From the NCBI GenBank assembly GCA_976226885.1, contig OZ320317.1, positions 79,670,001-79,734,000 of the forward strand: 64,000 bases of DNA. The letters are read 5' to 3'. This DNA comes from Iphione sp. A-MEVVRFRX5. Taxonomy: Eukaryota. A program made the translations under genes and the position numbers. Each line of letters opens with the position of its first letter. The first letter of the stretch is position 1. The notes under the pieces were generated by a model. The model was not told where the DNA came from. It did not search any database and saw only the letters and a list, made by a program, of their open reading frames with translations. This document shows positions 12,701 through 26,406 of this stretch, one piece after another.

Positions 12701-15451
12701 TTAAGAAACCCTGTACGAATGGAGGCTATCTTATTCACGCCTTACTGGAGTTTCTCTCTTTAATTATCAGTCCGATCGGACTATTGCCCTCAGTCCTGCT
12801 GAACGATGCGTGAAAGTACTCCTTTTGAAGGGATTCATACTGGTGGAAAACGACTTTTTGAAGGGCTCAGCACTGCCCTCGTAGGAGAAGATTGTGCGTT
12901 GCAAAGACTTCATGGGATGTAATGCTGCATTGTAGTTACTACTCTTTACACAGGTTCGTCAACCTTACAACTCTTCTCAACTTTTCGAAACAGATCTGTT
13001 ATGGTAAACATAAACAAGCAGAAAAACTGAATGTCAGATCAATTTTAAGAAACCGTTCCCTTCAGTACAAAACACTAACTTCGATAACCCGCGTATTGCA
13101 GAGGCAGATATCCATAATAAGAGGGAAACTTTGAAAAATGAATGAAACAACTAATGCTGTAAAAACGCCCCCAACTGTACAAGATACAGTGAACATAAAC
13201 ACTTACGCTCCTTTGCGCATGCGGCAGTTCTTTGCAATCCATATTAACAGGCATTTCCATAGTGTGTCACATATCATTTCCAAACTCCTGTCTGGGGTGG
13301 TTGAGGACGATTTCAAGTGACATTTTTATAAAAGGCACATTGAAAGATCTCAACGCGTTAAAAGTCTGAAATGACTCTCCAACCTTTAAATCACCTGAAG
13401 TTAACAACAAAAATAAGTAAAGTCACACACCTTGTTTTTGTAAGTTTCTAATTATCCGTCATTGCAGATGTACGCGAACTTAATTATAGTTATCCCTTTT
13501 TTCAAAGGCGTATGATCGAATTTTTAAAAAAGGAGACGTTTGTATCAGTTCATCTGTCGAAATTGATCTTGCAAATTTCATGATAATCATTAAAAGGAGA
13601 ATGAGACATATTTATACCATGTTGTTCCATTTCAAAGTTCTGATTGTCCTATAGAGAAGTGATGACATTCTGAATACAAATTATTGATAAAATAGCACTG
13701 TGAACCATAGAGAATGTATACAGGCTTTCCTCGGAGACATTTTAATGGTTAGTTTGCATTCATCTACATATCTCTGATTGGATGTTTGATGCTTTTGTGC
13801 TTTCAAGGGGCGTGATAGGACTGCAAGCTATTGTCAAAAACTCTGCAGTCTGATTGGCTAATTTGTTCGGCAGATTTGATTAATCAGCAGAATGTAGATG
13901 ACGCCGTGAGTGGAATTAATTAATGCAGTAATGAAAAAAAACCAGACCAGGTATTCTTTGGAGATGAGTGAAGCCGATAACGACGATCTTCTGAATAACA
14001 ATGGCATATTAGATATACACAGATTCTCCTCTCGACTGTACTACATTGCTTCCGTACTGTAGTTGTTGATACTTGAAAGGTTGAACGAGTGAGCAAGAGA
14101 AAGAGAGAGACAGGTAGAGAGACAGACTGACATTGGAGGAGTCAATACAGTATTTTCACCGCAATTACTACCTTCTTCGCTCCATTGTTGGTGCTGTAGT
14201 CCGCTGTGGGGAGACATAGGGTTGGCTCGCATGACCTGCCCACAAACGACAGCGAGTTATAGCGTGGCGGGCCCCATGGACTTCCTGTAGTGTGATTTAG
14301 GATAAGTCGCCACCACTGCCCCCGATGTACCGCACCCCAGTCCCCATCGCTTGCTGTCTGCACCACAACCAGCACCACCACCAGCTAAGTTGGTAGCAAG
14401 TCATAGACGCCACTGCCGTCTCCATATTGAATTATTGATCGAGTCGTTCAGACGCGATTCTTCGTCTTGACTCCTTGCCATGCCTCTTGTGGCTGCCCGT
14501 AGCGACCCCCAGCGACGTCTGGGGCGGACTGAGAACGACTGAGTGCCCCCCTCCACCAATCAGGAGGAGCCCCGGAGAGGGAGGTGCCAGGTGCCTCCCC
14601 TCTTCAGTCTTTCCCATCGTGAGGGTTCAGCCCTGACCCATTGGAAAGTCCCAGGGCGAGAGGCATTGGTGCAGGATGAGGCAATCCGATTGCAACCGGC
14701 AACAACAACAACAACCGACGTTGTAGAAATAAAGACAAGTATCAGAGGTGGTGCAGTTTATGCTGTTTGTCATTATCCTTTCTGATATGGTTCATGTGGC
14801 ATCGGGGAATCTTAGAAAATTTCCACACAATACTAGCTGCGGTTTGCTTGGTTCGAAGTGCCTCTCGTGGTGTTTATTTCAGGGTCACGACAAATGTCCA
14901 CAAAACAAATCTACGGCAGCGGTGGTGGCCCCTCGGGAGTGGCCAATAGAGATTGATAGCTGCTGCTAGAGGAGGAATCCGTCGAGTGCAGCCTAACTGT
15001 GCTGATTGCTCTCCGCTAGGCTGGCCCCCTGCAACGCTGATCGAGCGGAAACAGTGCAAGGGCTTCTTCGCTCCACGCCGCCATGGGTTGATCATGCAAC
15101 TGCCGTGGGTTGGGTGGCGTACCGGTTTCTGTATAGGTAGGCGAGGGACGACATCCCGAGTTCAAGGGGCTGAACGAACTGAAAAAAAAACGATGGAGTG
15201 TGAATAGCCGGATGTACGTGACAGCTGTGGTCAAGAATGTGAAGTACGCCGCGGTGAATAGGGTATATCGTTTTTGGAAAGTGTGCGTGGCCGTACATAT
15301 GTTGTTTCAATAAGTCCAAATAGAGCTCTACGATAATAATAAAAATTGGTTCTTTCCTTCCCTAGATTCAGGGCCGGGCAGAATTGTCGAAGACTCTCAA
15401 TAAGTGCACTAGCCATCATGCCGCATTGTTCCCACAGTGCCAAACACCAGA

Positions 15452-15468
15452 GCACCACCTAGTGGCGC
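15452..15468 (-). promoter_or_regulatory. CTCF-like motif
   Basis: Minus strand reads GCGCCACTAGGTGGTGC, one mismatch to the CCASYAGRKGGCRS core. Confidence 0.45.
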
Positions 15469-16390
15469 TGCCGTGATATCGTGGCAGCTGTCAAGTGGCA
15501 TTGGTTCCGACTGGACAGTCTTCTCACGAACTGCCTGCTTAGGGAACAGCTGTTACCGCATGCATAGTCTGCCTTCAATATGGAAAGGGGTTGAAGAAGC
15601 ACCAGGTCATATAATGGCAACAGTCTCCCCTGATGCTTAGTATGCGGTTTTTTTCCACGAGATAAATACAGCGTACATGTATTTTCTCAAGGTCTGTCTG
15701 AGCGTAATGTATAAAAGATTGTCGAAAGTGGACTCTGTAGCCTGTCAATATTCTTGCTTCCGTAATTGGTTCCTGGAATATTGACTGTCTACTAAACACT
15801 TGAATGAGGAACAATACGCTATTCAAGAGTAGCATCATTGGGCATTGATAATTTGCTTGGATATCCAGGAACGATCGTCATGTACAATACAGTGAATAAA
15901 TGACACAAAGGAGGAATACGAGCACATAATGTGAGACATGGATTCAAACACTAATGAAAACAACACCGAGTTATGACAAAACAGTGTGAATATAGCAACA
16001 CCAATGATGCTAGTGATGCTTTCAGTAAGTAGATTATTTAACCGTTATGTAACCGTGACCACATGCTTCCCTAGCTAACCGCCCCCCCACCACCACCAAC
16101 CCGGCGGCGGGATGGATGGAAACACTGGACAGTGATCAGCGTGTTGTGGTGGTGATGATGTCTGCATCGCTGCCGCTCAGTATTACTCACGTCTAATTAA
16201 CCACGGCCGAAGGGGAGAGATAATCGCCATGCTCCGAGCATGTTGAGCAAGCAGTGCTTTACTGATGTCTGTGACGTAATACTTGACACGTTAACGTCCG
16301 GGCGTATCAACGCATGCTCTTTCTTACCCGGTCCTAGATAGTCGGCGACCAAATCAGCCTTCTTTAGAACGAATATGTCCGTTGTTGATT

Positions 16391-16712
16391 AGACCTAAGA
16401 AGAAGTTCTGTGTTCCGGTAACAAGCTGCAAATATAGAGGGTCGGTCAGTAGGTGGTACTTTTTTAGTGTTCATTTTTTCTAGTTTTAATTTGCACTTAG
16501 GGGACAAATGTATGTGGTCATATCATTTCTACTACTTAGATTTTAATTAAACACATCTAGTGAAAGCTAAGACCATAACGAAGAAGATGATGTATAACAT
16601 GAGTCTCCATCCCTATTCAATCTGGAAATATTCACACAAAAAAGATAAATATGTTCTACTAGTACCAAAATAAGGTCAGTCAGGTTAGCTGAAACATATT
16701 TTTCTGAGGCTT
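16391..16712. mobile_element. Decayed non-autonomous DNA transposon (MITE), family A copy 1
   Basis: Left end GACCTAAGAAGAAGTTCTGTGTTCCGGTAAC is an imperfect inverted match to right end GGTTAGCTGAAACATATTTTTCTGAGGCT. The interior aligns with 43588-43814 (GAGGGTC..GTAGGT, ACAAATGTAT.TGG, TGA.AGCTAA). Confidence 0.65.
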
Positions 16713-18531
16713 TATCTATCTAAAATAATGTAGATTTCAAGTTTTGCCCTTTATACGTCTTATGATGTTGGATGGATTCAATGAAGTAATGAACATTGCT
16801 TCATTTCTGTTAGTTACCAACTCGAGAATAACTGACCTTCCCATAACAGCTGTGCTTACCGGAACTAACTGCAAATAAAATACATGTATTTGTCACTAAC
16901 AATATGATCTCCTGTAGCATCTGTGCCTTCCATAGCCACAAATATATGAATATTTTTCAGCAACAATAGAACCTGCCATAGCATAGAAAGGTATAAATGC
17001 TTTTTGATGTACATTTATTAATGACTAGATGAATATGTACAAATATCTGGTGCTGTTGTAAGACAGATATAGCTAGCTGCAGTACATACACCATTGCACG
17101 TGTGAGTTGTCTCTCGGTAATGGACGACCATATAACCGTCAATATTCCTGTTGGACTTTACTATAATCTCTTCCTATAACTGACTATTCCCATATAACTG
17201 ACAGAATCACCTGGAACTCCAAATGATGGTTACGGAAAAATTGTATTGGTATATATAGGTAGAATAGTAGCTAATGTATGAGTGCCTATATACACACGTG
17301 TGTATGTTTATGTGCGTGTACACAACTAAGTATGCAAATGGGCATGCATGATCATTTATAATGAAATTATCTTTTGTACTACAAGAGTATTCATTTGACA
17401 TTTAGATTTAATAATGTTAAAAGATTGCAACTAGTTCGCATTGTACACTATAAGTCATTATCAATCATTCATCTCAACATTAATCTAGGACGATTCTTTC
17501 GTCTATAAAGTAGCATATCCATTTTTAAGTCTCTGCTCCAACATAATTGAGCCAGCTCTTGCCCAATATATTCATCACGCTGGAATCAACTTCATCAAGC
17601 TGGCAGAGAAGTCCTTTGGCCTATAAAGGTCAGCCTCCTGCTTCCTCTTCACCTGTGGTGGGTCTCTATGAATCCCAGCCTCATCCAAGGCACTTTCCCC
17701 GTGCAGGTACTTAATCCCTCACTGACACTGCTTCTATTCATGGAGCCTAACACTGCAGCCATTGCATCCTTTCTGTATCGAACGTCCCTACGCATAATGC
17801 AAGCCACAAAAGAACATCCAACCAACACCTGTCCCCCTCCCCACTCGCTCTTCCCCCATTTCCCATGTCTCTCCTTTCTTGTCCAGTGGTAACACCACGA
17901 GTTTTGAGCATATTGTCCTCCTAAATAAAGCCGTGGCATAATGTCTCCTACCGCCCTGAAGGGGTCGCCTTTCTACCGGGAGTAAAGAAGTGCAGTCGTT
18001 AAAAAAATGTAGCTATTGTCACGACCGCGTATCCACGGGCCACCGCTTCTCCTTTCTTCTGTATTATAGTCTATTGCAAACAGCGACAAGAACAACTTTG
18101 GCCCGCTTTTCTGGTGATGGCCGTGTTTTCCTCTCGGTCCGTGTATAGTAGGGGCAGGACCCTCTAAGGCAGCCTCAGTGTACGAGTCTGGCTTATCGTC
18201 AATAGCTGCCTGCAAGCGGGTCGACTAAGACCCAGCCATCAACTCTTGGAGGAGAATACGGCCCATCCGTTCACTCTGATTAGGACTGGACGAGAGAAGC
18301 CCTGCGCGGGATACTTCCTACTACCCGCCCGACCCTAACCCCCTTATGGCCCTGCTCACCGTTTTAACTGTCGGCTAACTTAGGTCTTAGGGTCCTAAGC
18401 CTCTCCCTTTTACGAAGCCGCGCCACCATACTTCGGATCCCTCCCCAACCTACCGCCACTGCATCCACCCATCCACCCACAAACCTTGGTCTCCACCGGC
18501 CTGCTCCAGGGCGGTGGTACACCGTGAGGAG

Positions 18532-18714
18532 CCTCCTCCTCCTCCTCCTCCTGGCTGGCCGTGCCGCTCCTTCTCCAGTAGACATACGCTCACCCGACGA
18601 CCGCCGCTCATGCGGATATAAAAGTCATCGATTTGCCATCGACTGCAGCCCTCTGCGGTGCCGTGATTCCCTCGCCGTCCCGCCAGGCGCGGCGGCGGCG
18701 GCGGCGGCGGCGGC
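18532..18714. repeat. (CCT)n (18532-18552) and (GGC)n (18689-18714) within a GC/CpG-rich island, with TATA-like GATATAAAAG near 18624
   Basis: Triplet runs read directly. The island spans roughly 18290-18790. Confidence 0.8.
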
Positions 18715-18985
18715 ACCGTCCCCAATACCCGCCCCTAGTACTGTTAGTAATAATGGGGAAACTTACAGCTCCCAGTCCTCGACTCGTCCTCATTCAAAGA
18801 GTTGAATGTGTGGTCAGAAGTGTGTGTGTGTATTAGTACACATGTAGATTGGGTGGTTTTATTATACGAGGCAGAAGTAGAGGAGCAGGGGTACATTCGT
18901 GATGATTGTTCTACATTACAACCCCCCTGGCTCTACACCCTCTCATCTAGTATAGACCAGGCCGCTGTAAGTCCATCGACTGGGT

Positions 18986-19035
18986 TATATAAAGGCAGGA
19001 AGCCGTCGCGACCGCCCGGCTGTACAGATTGAAAG
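18986..19035 (+). promoter_or_regulatory. Candidate TATA box and short non-coding first exon
   Basis: TATATAAAG at 18986-18994, then donor AAG|GTGTGT at 19035/19036. A 76-nt intron follows with a CTAAC branch-like motif, ending CATTAG at 19111. Confidence 0.35.
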
Positions 19036-19111
19036 GTGTGTGTTGGTGCTGACCGAACACTAACCTTTACCTCTCCTAATCAATCATTGTGCTGTGCTTC
19101 TTACTCATTAG

Positions 19112-19146
19112 GTACGCATTTATGAGAAAGCGCAGAGATGACGGAG
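19112..19146 (+). CDS. Candidate small exon with possible start (ATG 19122, MRKRRDDG, phase-1 end)
   Basis: Acceptor TGCTTCTTACTCATTAG|G and donor GAG|GTATGA. 35 nt. Could instead be 5' UTR with a uORF. Confidence 0.35.
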
Positions 19147-22100
19147 GTATGAAATGGAAATGTCTGTCGTCAATCACGCGTACTTGGTAAGATGTGGTGA
19201 TTAAATATTCCTAGAAGCCACCCTTTTTAAAACACCGCACGATTGCCCACAGATCGGTACTAGTATGAAAGACATATTCCAAGTGAAAGTCGGATTTTAT
19301 ACATAAATACCCCTAACTTGTTGTTTATATTGAATACAGCACAAAGAAGGTTGGCACAGGTAAATTTTTGTGTGGCGTGATATGGTGGATATTGATAATG
19401 TACCATAGAATGGCGGTGATCGACCTTAGAAAAGTGTCTTTGTCACCAACAAAGCCTTGTATGGACTAGCAGGCGATGTATTTGTGTGAGACATAGCAAA
19501 CACCGAGCTAACTGCCCGTTTGACCTCTACCAATTGTTAGCCTAAAGAGCTCCGCCAGAGTCCATCGGATGCTTCGAACACACACTAGGATCCTTAGGCC
19601 ACGCCTCTTCCGGTGGTTGATTGACACACCGTGTTTATCCACTTGGCGCCGTGTGATGCAAGCTTCTGTACAGAGTGTTGACAAGGCCTGCCCTTGCTGT
19701 AGGTGCGTACATGTCATGTGTACCTTTGTATTTGTGTGTGTGTGCGTGTGTGTGGCCGTACCCTTCCTGTCGTGATAACAAGATCAATGGCAAACGCACA
19801 CTATGCATACCTTGACCCCTAAACATATTCTCACACACATCAACACCGCCTTCCACAAGCGGTCAATCCCAGTATCGCCTACTTCTTGACGGCTACCCCC
19901 GAGCTAACACACCTGCACACACAAAGATACACGGACACACACACAGAGCGATAAGCCCCATGGCTCCCTTTAGCAGCCAAGCTGAAAATAAAACCGGGTT
20001 GGGACCGGTTTGCAACCAAGGATCCAGGAATCAATATATGCGGCTGGGAAAATACAGTTATCGGATGGTGTAATGGACAGGTCACAGCAATAGCTATTGA
20101 TAAGACGGTGATCGAGCGAGCTCGAGAAGTGGGCAGACAACGAGCAGTCAATGACTCCGGCAAGAGTCAATTCGGGCGTTCTGCCTCTGCTAAGTGAAGG
20201 TTAACACTGATGATAGCTACTTTCCTCATATAAATGGGCCTGGTAAACACGGGTTTGCTACGCTTTGAATGAACTTCCCGTGCGATAATTACAACACTAT
20301 GATATTGCCAATGCGGTCGTTTTTACCCTCATTACGACGTACCGTATATTTACTCCATACCCATGTCATGTATTACATGTAGCATTAAAACGTCTTTTTT
20401 TTTCTATAACATAAGTTCTTTTTACTTCTTCATTCAGACAAGGCAGGTTACTGAATTTAGCCCCTTTACAACCGCGCAATCTCTGACATGGGGGGGCTTC
20501 CAGGCCAAAATTCTATTCTATTCTACAACAGTAGCACACCTTGAGGTTGAGCATAGGCATTAGTTCATGCTGAAAAAAGATTTTCCTATCACCATGTTGG
20601 ACCAGCCTTTCACATAGATGGCACTGCTGGAAAAAACAAAAGTACCTTTCCAGTATCTCCTTCTCCTTTTCCAGCTTCTTCCGTGTCACTGCTCCGCTAA
20701 GCTTTCTACAAATATGTACCAATCCCAGACATCGTAGTACTCGGCATATGCTAACGTTGATTATTGGCACATCAGACCTAAGCACTAAACCTGCCACGAT
20801 ATAGGCTTTTTGTAGTTGTTTTTCTGTTAGGTTTATGCCTCATTTTTCTCCATAGACGTATACTACCAGCTGTTGACCGATGCGTATTCCTACTACTAGA
20901 CAGCCACAGCGGTCTACATCCCCTCTGTGACGAAACGTCGAAGCCATATCCGACTGCCTATGATTAACGTATATTAACATATCAACGTATCTCTGTGCAT
21001 CTCTGGTGTCATGCTTGTCCCCACCCACCTCCGCCCCTTACAAAACGGTTTATCTATCCTACGACAGCCACTGTGACATCTACGTGCGTTTAAAGTTCAG
21101 TGGTTATCATTGTATTCTCATTTATGTTCTAGACGACTTAATCTATTTTCAAAACCCTCTTTCTTTGCAACCTTAAGACGAGTCTCCTTAGAGACAGTAC
21201 TGCGAAGGTCATGTTCAAAATTATAGGAAACATGTAAGCTCCTGGGTTACGAATAGTAAGCATCTTCTGACATCTGTGCTAATGGACTGAGAAGTTTCCA
21301 TTATCACTATTATTGTAATTAACGTTGCAACTGCTATTGCATGCTCATGTATGTATCTACAAATGTTCAATGAATGTTGGTTCCAGTATCCAATACCTCC
21401 CTTTTGACATGGTGCCATACTTGTGTGTATTATATTTTACAGCCGTCTGGGATTGCTTCTATATCTATGTGGTTACAGCTATTACAACTTTACCCTTATC
21501 AATAGGTAGGCCTGCTGCTTTACATATGGTTAGGGACATGGATGTCTTCCCCCGATATATAAGACCTTCCCTAGTACCATTACCTACACCACTCTCCAAT
21601 TCATGAGTTTCAAACAAGTCCTTAATAAAATACTACCATTCGATATAAACTCTTCTACCGCTAACCTCTTAAATTCATTGATTGTAGGCATTTTTATTCA
21701 TACCGTACATTACCGAAACGAAAGTAATCTATGTACCATCACAAAGCAGAACGCTGCTACTCATACCGCCGTGTTGCAGCTACGTCGAAGACAACGTTAT
21801 GTCCACGATGGCGGCCCAGTGCGTAGACGGGTCACGTGGTTGCTCTCCCCTCCCACGTGCCACCCTCCCCCCTCTCCCTCCCCGGCACGCCAGCAATGTG
21901 GTGTGTACCTACTGAGGGCAGATTGATAACAGTGATTCCGGCAGGCGGTCTCCTGATTACCGACGCCCGGCTTCACCCCGGCAGGTGCTTGGGCCGGGTC
22001 CACCCACCTGGCGAGGCTAATTCACAAGGAAGCTGCCCCCAACCAACTCTCCGCTTCCCATCCTCCTGCTTGCTGCTGCCTTCGTCCTAACCCCCCCCCC

Positions 22101-22184
22101 CCCCGCAACGACACCCAAATATTCCCTCCTCCCTTCTTTTACCCACTATATCCTACCCCCATTCTAGTCGAGCCTTTGCATCCG

Positions 22185-22222
22185 CCTCCTCCTCCTCCTC
22201 CTCCTCCTCCTCCTCCTCCTCC
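22185..22222. repeat. (CCT)n microsatellite
   Basis: CCT run. Confidence 0.97.
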
Positions 22223-22259
22223 CATCCTTCCCCACTTCCTCCTTTCTCTTCCTGTGCAG

Positions 22260-22294
22260 GCTATCCCAGCCTACCCAACCCCCATGCTGCACCG
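22260..22294 (+). CDS. Candidate 35-nt internal exon (G-YPSLPNPHAAP, phase 1 to 0)
   Basis: Strong acceptor CCTTTCTCTTCCTGTGCAG|G and donor CCG|GTGGGT. Phases bridge 19112-19146 to 32493-32555. The pyrimidine tract may simply be the adjacent microsatellite. Confidence 0.2.
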
Positions 22295-23784
22295 GTGGGT
22301 CCACTGGCTTTGTATGCATAGCATGCAACCGGCGGCGGGAAGTGTAGGAAAATTAACTCAAGGAGAGAAACCAGCCTCGTATTCAGTCGTCTCGTTGGGG
22401 GAAAAAATAGCAAACAAACAAATTACTTCCTCGTTATGTTTATTATAGGATACCTGTTTTGTGCGTTCGTTTTTTTCACCTTAACGTACTGAATTACCAC
22501 GGTACAGCTGATCCGGAGAATAAAACACGGTATTGTTAACATGCAAAGCCTCTCTTTATAATAAGGGGTCCTGTTTCGTTTGTATTTTCTCTTATTTTTT
22601 ATGCCATGTTCCTCCCAGTTGTTCTTCTTTATTTACACTGAAAAGCAAATTAAGAAAACCAGTTTTTCCAATCTGACCCTTTTGAAATCTGGGAAACGAT
22701 ATAACAAGTTAATTGGTTAAGGGTTTCCATGAGTAAATGGGCAGTGAGCATATCCTGGGATAAATATCTTATCCTATATACTACTCGCGGCGACTTGGTA
22801 ATGTTTCAAGATGGATAGTCGTCTGCTGAGAAGGGCCATTATTCCCCCCCCCCGCTCGGTACATACAAATCAGAGTTCGCACCTGTCGCCGTGGTCAGTG
22901 TGTTGAAATACGAAGACAAAAAGGGAGGTGTCGGGTCAGCACTGACTCCTCAATTATTGATACATATTCCGTGCAGGGCCGCCCACCCGCCATTGTTGGA
23001 GCGTTTATGTTTCCAATGACTTAACAAAGGTGGCGCCCGGCAGACCCTCAGCGGTCCCTTTCCACCGTATGTCAGGCTGTAAACAACCCGCCTTGGTGTA
23101 AGGTAAATACTCCGTCTTTAGCCGAGGGGGTGGGTGAGGGGAAGGGAGGGGAGGGGGCAGCTGTTATGTCTGCTGTGGCTTGTATAACAAGCAGGTACGT
23201 TAGTCTCCATCAAAGTCGAACCGCCAGTATTTCTGGCACGGCTTCGTTTGTGCGCCGGAGACTAAAGGACCTTTCTACGAGGAATGTCATTGGATACTGA
23301 CATTGAAAATATCTAAAGATGTACATGTATTCATCGGGACGGGAGATAAGCAATTTGTAAATGTTAACTAAAGTGTTAAGAGGTGAAGGTTTGATACAGG
23401 TAAATTTTCGTCCCTCAAAATTAATGATCGGGAGTCTACTGTAACCATTCTTCTGAATCTTCTCTGAGCAACCTTCGAGCAAGGACATGTATTATTCATT
23501 CTCTATCAAAATAATCACTTTGTCTAGACTTGTAAGCTATGACATGTATTGGTCCTGGCATGAAGAAAGCTGTCAAGATATCTGGTTGAAGTGAATAATT
23601 AAAGAGACGGAGGCTGGTGAAATTCATAATGTTGAGATGTACACCACCCAGGGAGCGTACGGTGAGTCTGGCAAACAAGTTGACGCAGTGAGTACAAGGG
23701 GTGCCCCTCTCTTATATCACTGACGAATCAATAGACATCCCAGCGACCAGGAGAAGACATAGAAGGGTACTGCTACATCGATCA

Positions 23785-23852
23785 GCCGGGAATCGATCCT
23801 GGAACCTCTCGATCAGGCAACCAACAGCGCGTAGCAGATTTGTATCCACCAG
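23785..23852 (-). mobile_element. Decayed tRNA-derived SINE head
   Basis: Minus strand carries GAGAGGTTCCAGGATCGATTCCCGGC (B-box-like, tRNA T-arm pattern) with a degenerate A-box upstream. It cannot form a cloverleaf. Confidence 0.45.
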
Positions 23853-24005
23853 GAAGCTTGAAGTGGAATCACATTGACCGCAGCCGTTGGCTTCAGAAGT
23901 TGTTCATCAATCCTATCAGACGTCTGTGCGTGGCCTCAGTTTGGCATTCGATCCTTGCACACAGCGAGGTTTCCTTTCATGTCCTGTTCGGTGGTAAGGG
24001 ACTCA

Positions 24006-24045
24006 GGGGGTGGGTTGGTGGGTGGGTGGGGTGGGGTAGTTGGGG
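24006..24045 (+). other. Potential G-quadruplex
   Basis: GGGGGTGGGTTGGTGGGTGGGTGGGGTGGGGTAGTTGGGG has more than four G3+ runs with short loops. Confidence 0.6.
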
Positions 24046-26357
24046 ACTGGAGCGGGCTGCTTCATCCATTACAGGTGAAACACCTTTATCACAAGGGAGC
24101 GGTTACGTAAAGGTCATGTTGGGTGGAGACGTTACATCAGGTCACACTGCCTATAATCTACTTTAAAACTGGCAAAGTAGTTCGGATGAGGATAAGTCAA
24201 TGTCATCATGAAGACCATACTGCCATAAGGCACACTACGCTTCTTGCCTAAAGGTAAAATGACAGGTAATCTACAAAGGTCATGGCGCGATTCATAGTCT
24301 TGTATGAGCTCCAACCATCATAGGCCTGGTCTGACCAATCCCTCAAAACTTCTGGGCTGCTGCCTTGTAGTTAGTCCTTGACAAGTCTGACGTGTTGTCA
24401 TTGGTGTTGTAGCCGGTCAATATTCTAACAGACAACGCAAGTTGTATGTAACCAAGGCAACGGTCACCAACGAAAGGGGCTGACACACCTGACTATACAC
24501 ACCTGAATGCGACATGATAAACTTCCATCCGCAGCGGTTGGTAACTGTTGGTACCGCTTTGTGCGGTTATCGACAAACCTTTGTAACGCACGTGTAACTG
24601 ATATACCGATTTCTTTCTTGCTCTGATGCATGGAAGCAATCACTATTAGACATCTCACGTCTCATCACAAAACCGTCCTTCAAGGAGAAGGCGGAAAAAG
24701 ACGCCATTCACCCTACACGTGATATCTAATGCCATTGAGGTAAACGTAAATCTACAAAAAAAAGACGTCTTTCTGCAGGCTTGGTAGTCGGAACATAAAG
24801 AAAGTGGGAAATTTGATTGATTCTCAGGACAGGTGAAACGGTTATCTGAAGTTTCATGACGTTTCACAATGAAGTCTTGGTATACTAATACGGTTTAGCG
24901 TACACGGGTCCTGGATAATCGTAGACAGTGACATAAAATACTAGTCACATGGTTTCTTCGATTCAGGCGCGTCTGCAGTTCGGAATCAGATCAAAGAATC
25001 ACCTTCATTGATCTTATGTGTAAAACTCAAATATACCAGTGGTTTGTCAGTAAAGGAATAATACCGGTATTGCATCACCCTGGTGGCAGAGTATTTATAA
25101 CTATTTACAACGCCGTTTTACCTGGCACCATGCTGGACAGAGGTTATAAGGACACAGAAAAGTGTGGAACTACCAAATCTTGATTTATATCACAGTTCAC
25201 CTGGTACTATACTGGCAAAGATCTAGGAAGAACAAGAAGGACTGCAGACTTTGTGAAGTACGAAATGTTTGTTTGCTTCAGATAACTGATAATCAATGTT
25301 TAGGATGATCACACGATATCTTGCAAGCAGTTATAAAGATCTAAATTGGTCCTCGTTAGCATGTATACTTGCCACGCCCGAAACCAGATTTTGATGTCTG
25401 ACAAGCCCAAAGCGATGTTATTATTAGCCAAGGGTCTGTGTTAAGTGAGACGATTGGATATAGATGGTGTATTGAAGCTAATTTTAAGACTCCATCAGGG
25501 ACCATTTCAGATTATATATCATGGTAGACAAACGTCCCGATAAGAGTATTCTTCTTAACAGTTCGCCTTAGTATTATAAAGTTGTAATTAGTGGTTCTTA
25601 TATAAGATGCGTCATCCCAACACTATATTTAGCGCTATGACGTGGACAGTCATAGTTTGTTACTCCACCACACCAATACAATGGGTGGTGATTCTGATCG
25701 CGTGTGCCTGTGGGTTTGCGGATCGGTACGTGGGTGTGTGAGAGGAGTCCGCAGATGGAGCCAAGCCATCTGGAAGTGGGCCAGACTTCGTGTTAGGCCG
25801 CAGCGTAATGGAGCAATAACGGTTGGGTAGAAGCGATGATAAGCTATTTCTTATCAAGAGAAGAGGAGCTCTCCCTTCCCTGCCTGAGTCTCCCCTTTTC
25901 GTCCTTCTCTTTCCGGTCTTATCTCTGTTTGGTTATCTATGTTGTTCCTTTTGTCTATTTTTAATATTTTCTACTCTACCTTTTTTGTCCTTTCCTCCGC
26001 TGCTCCCCACTGCCATGTAAAAGATTCTCCTTGCCCCCCCCCCCCAGCATCAATACCCTGTTCCTGTTCGTGCTTGCCCCATTCAAACGTTCGTCCCACG
26101 GCTTTGTTGTCAGATCCTACAGGCATATATCTCCGCCAATAGAACCAGGTACCTGACACCTTACCACGTATGGTCTTTGATCCCATCAAGCTTTTCTCCA
26201 CATCCAATGGCAAAAACATTACCCCATTCAGGATCACCCTCCACTGGTGGGAACCGCAGGTCTGAGGCAGACCGCCGGTATGGGCATGCCCACAGCAGAC
26301 CACATCGTCTTCAGAATGTGGCATTTTTCTGTGACCGATGCAGTGCAAATCTCTACA

Positions 26358-26363
<6 letters not shown>

Positions 26364-26404
<41 letters not shown>
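26364..26404. repeat. (TA)n microsatellite
   Basis: TA run. Confidence 0.97.

Positions 26405-26406
<2 letters not shown>

Noticed and set aside
18524-18805. ORF MRSLLLLLLLAG... looking like a secreted protein
   Set aside because: GTG start, and the Leu and Ala runs are just the (CCT)n and (GGC)n repeats.
25440-25530. IDGVLK...FQIIYHG, reminiscent of a MULE transposase DGTFK...QLYTIH motif
   Set aside because: Too short and degenerate, surrounded by stops, and no TIRs seen. Needs a blastx hit.
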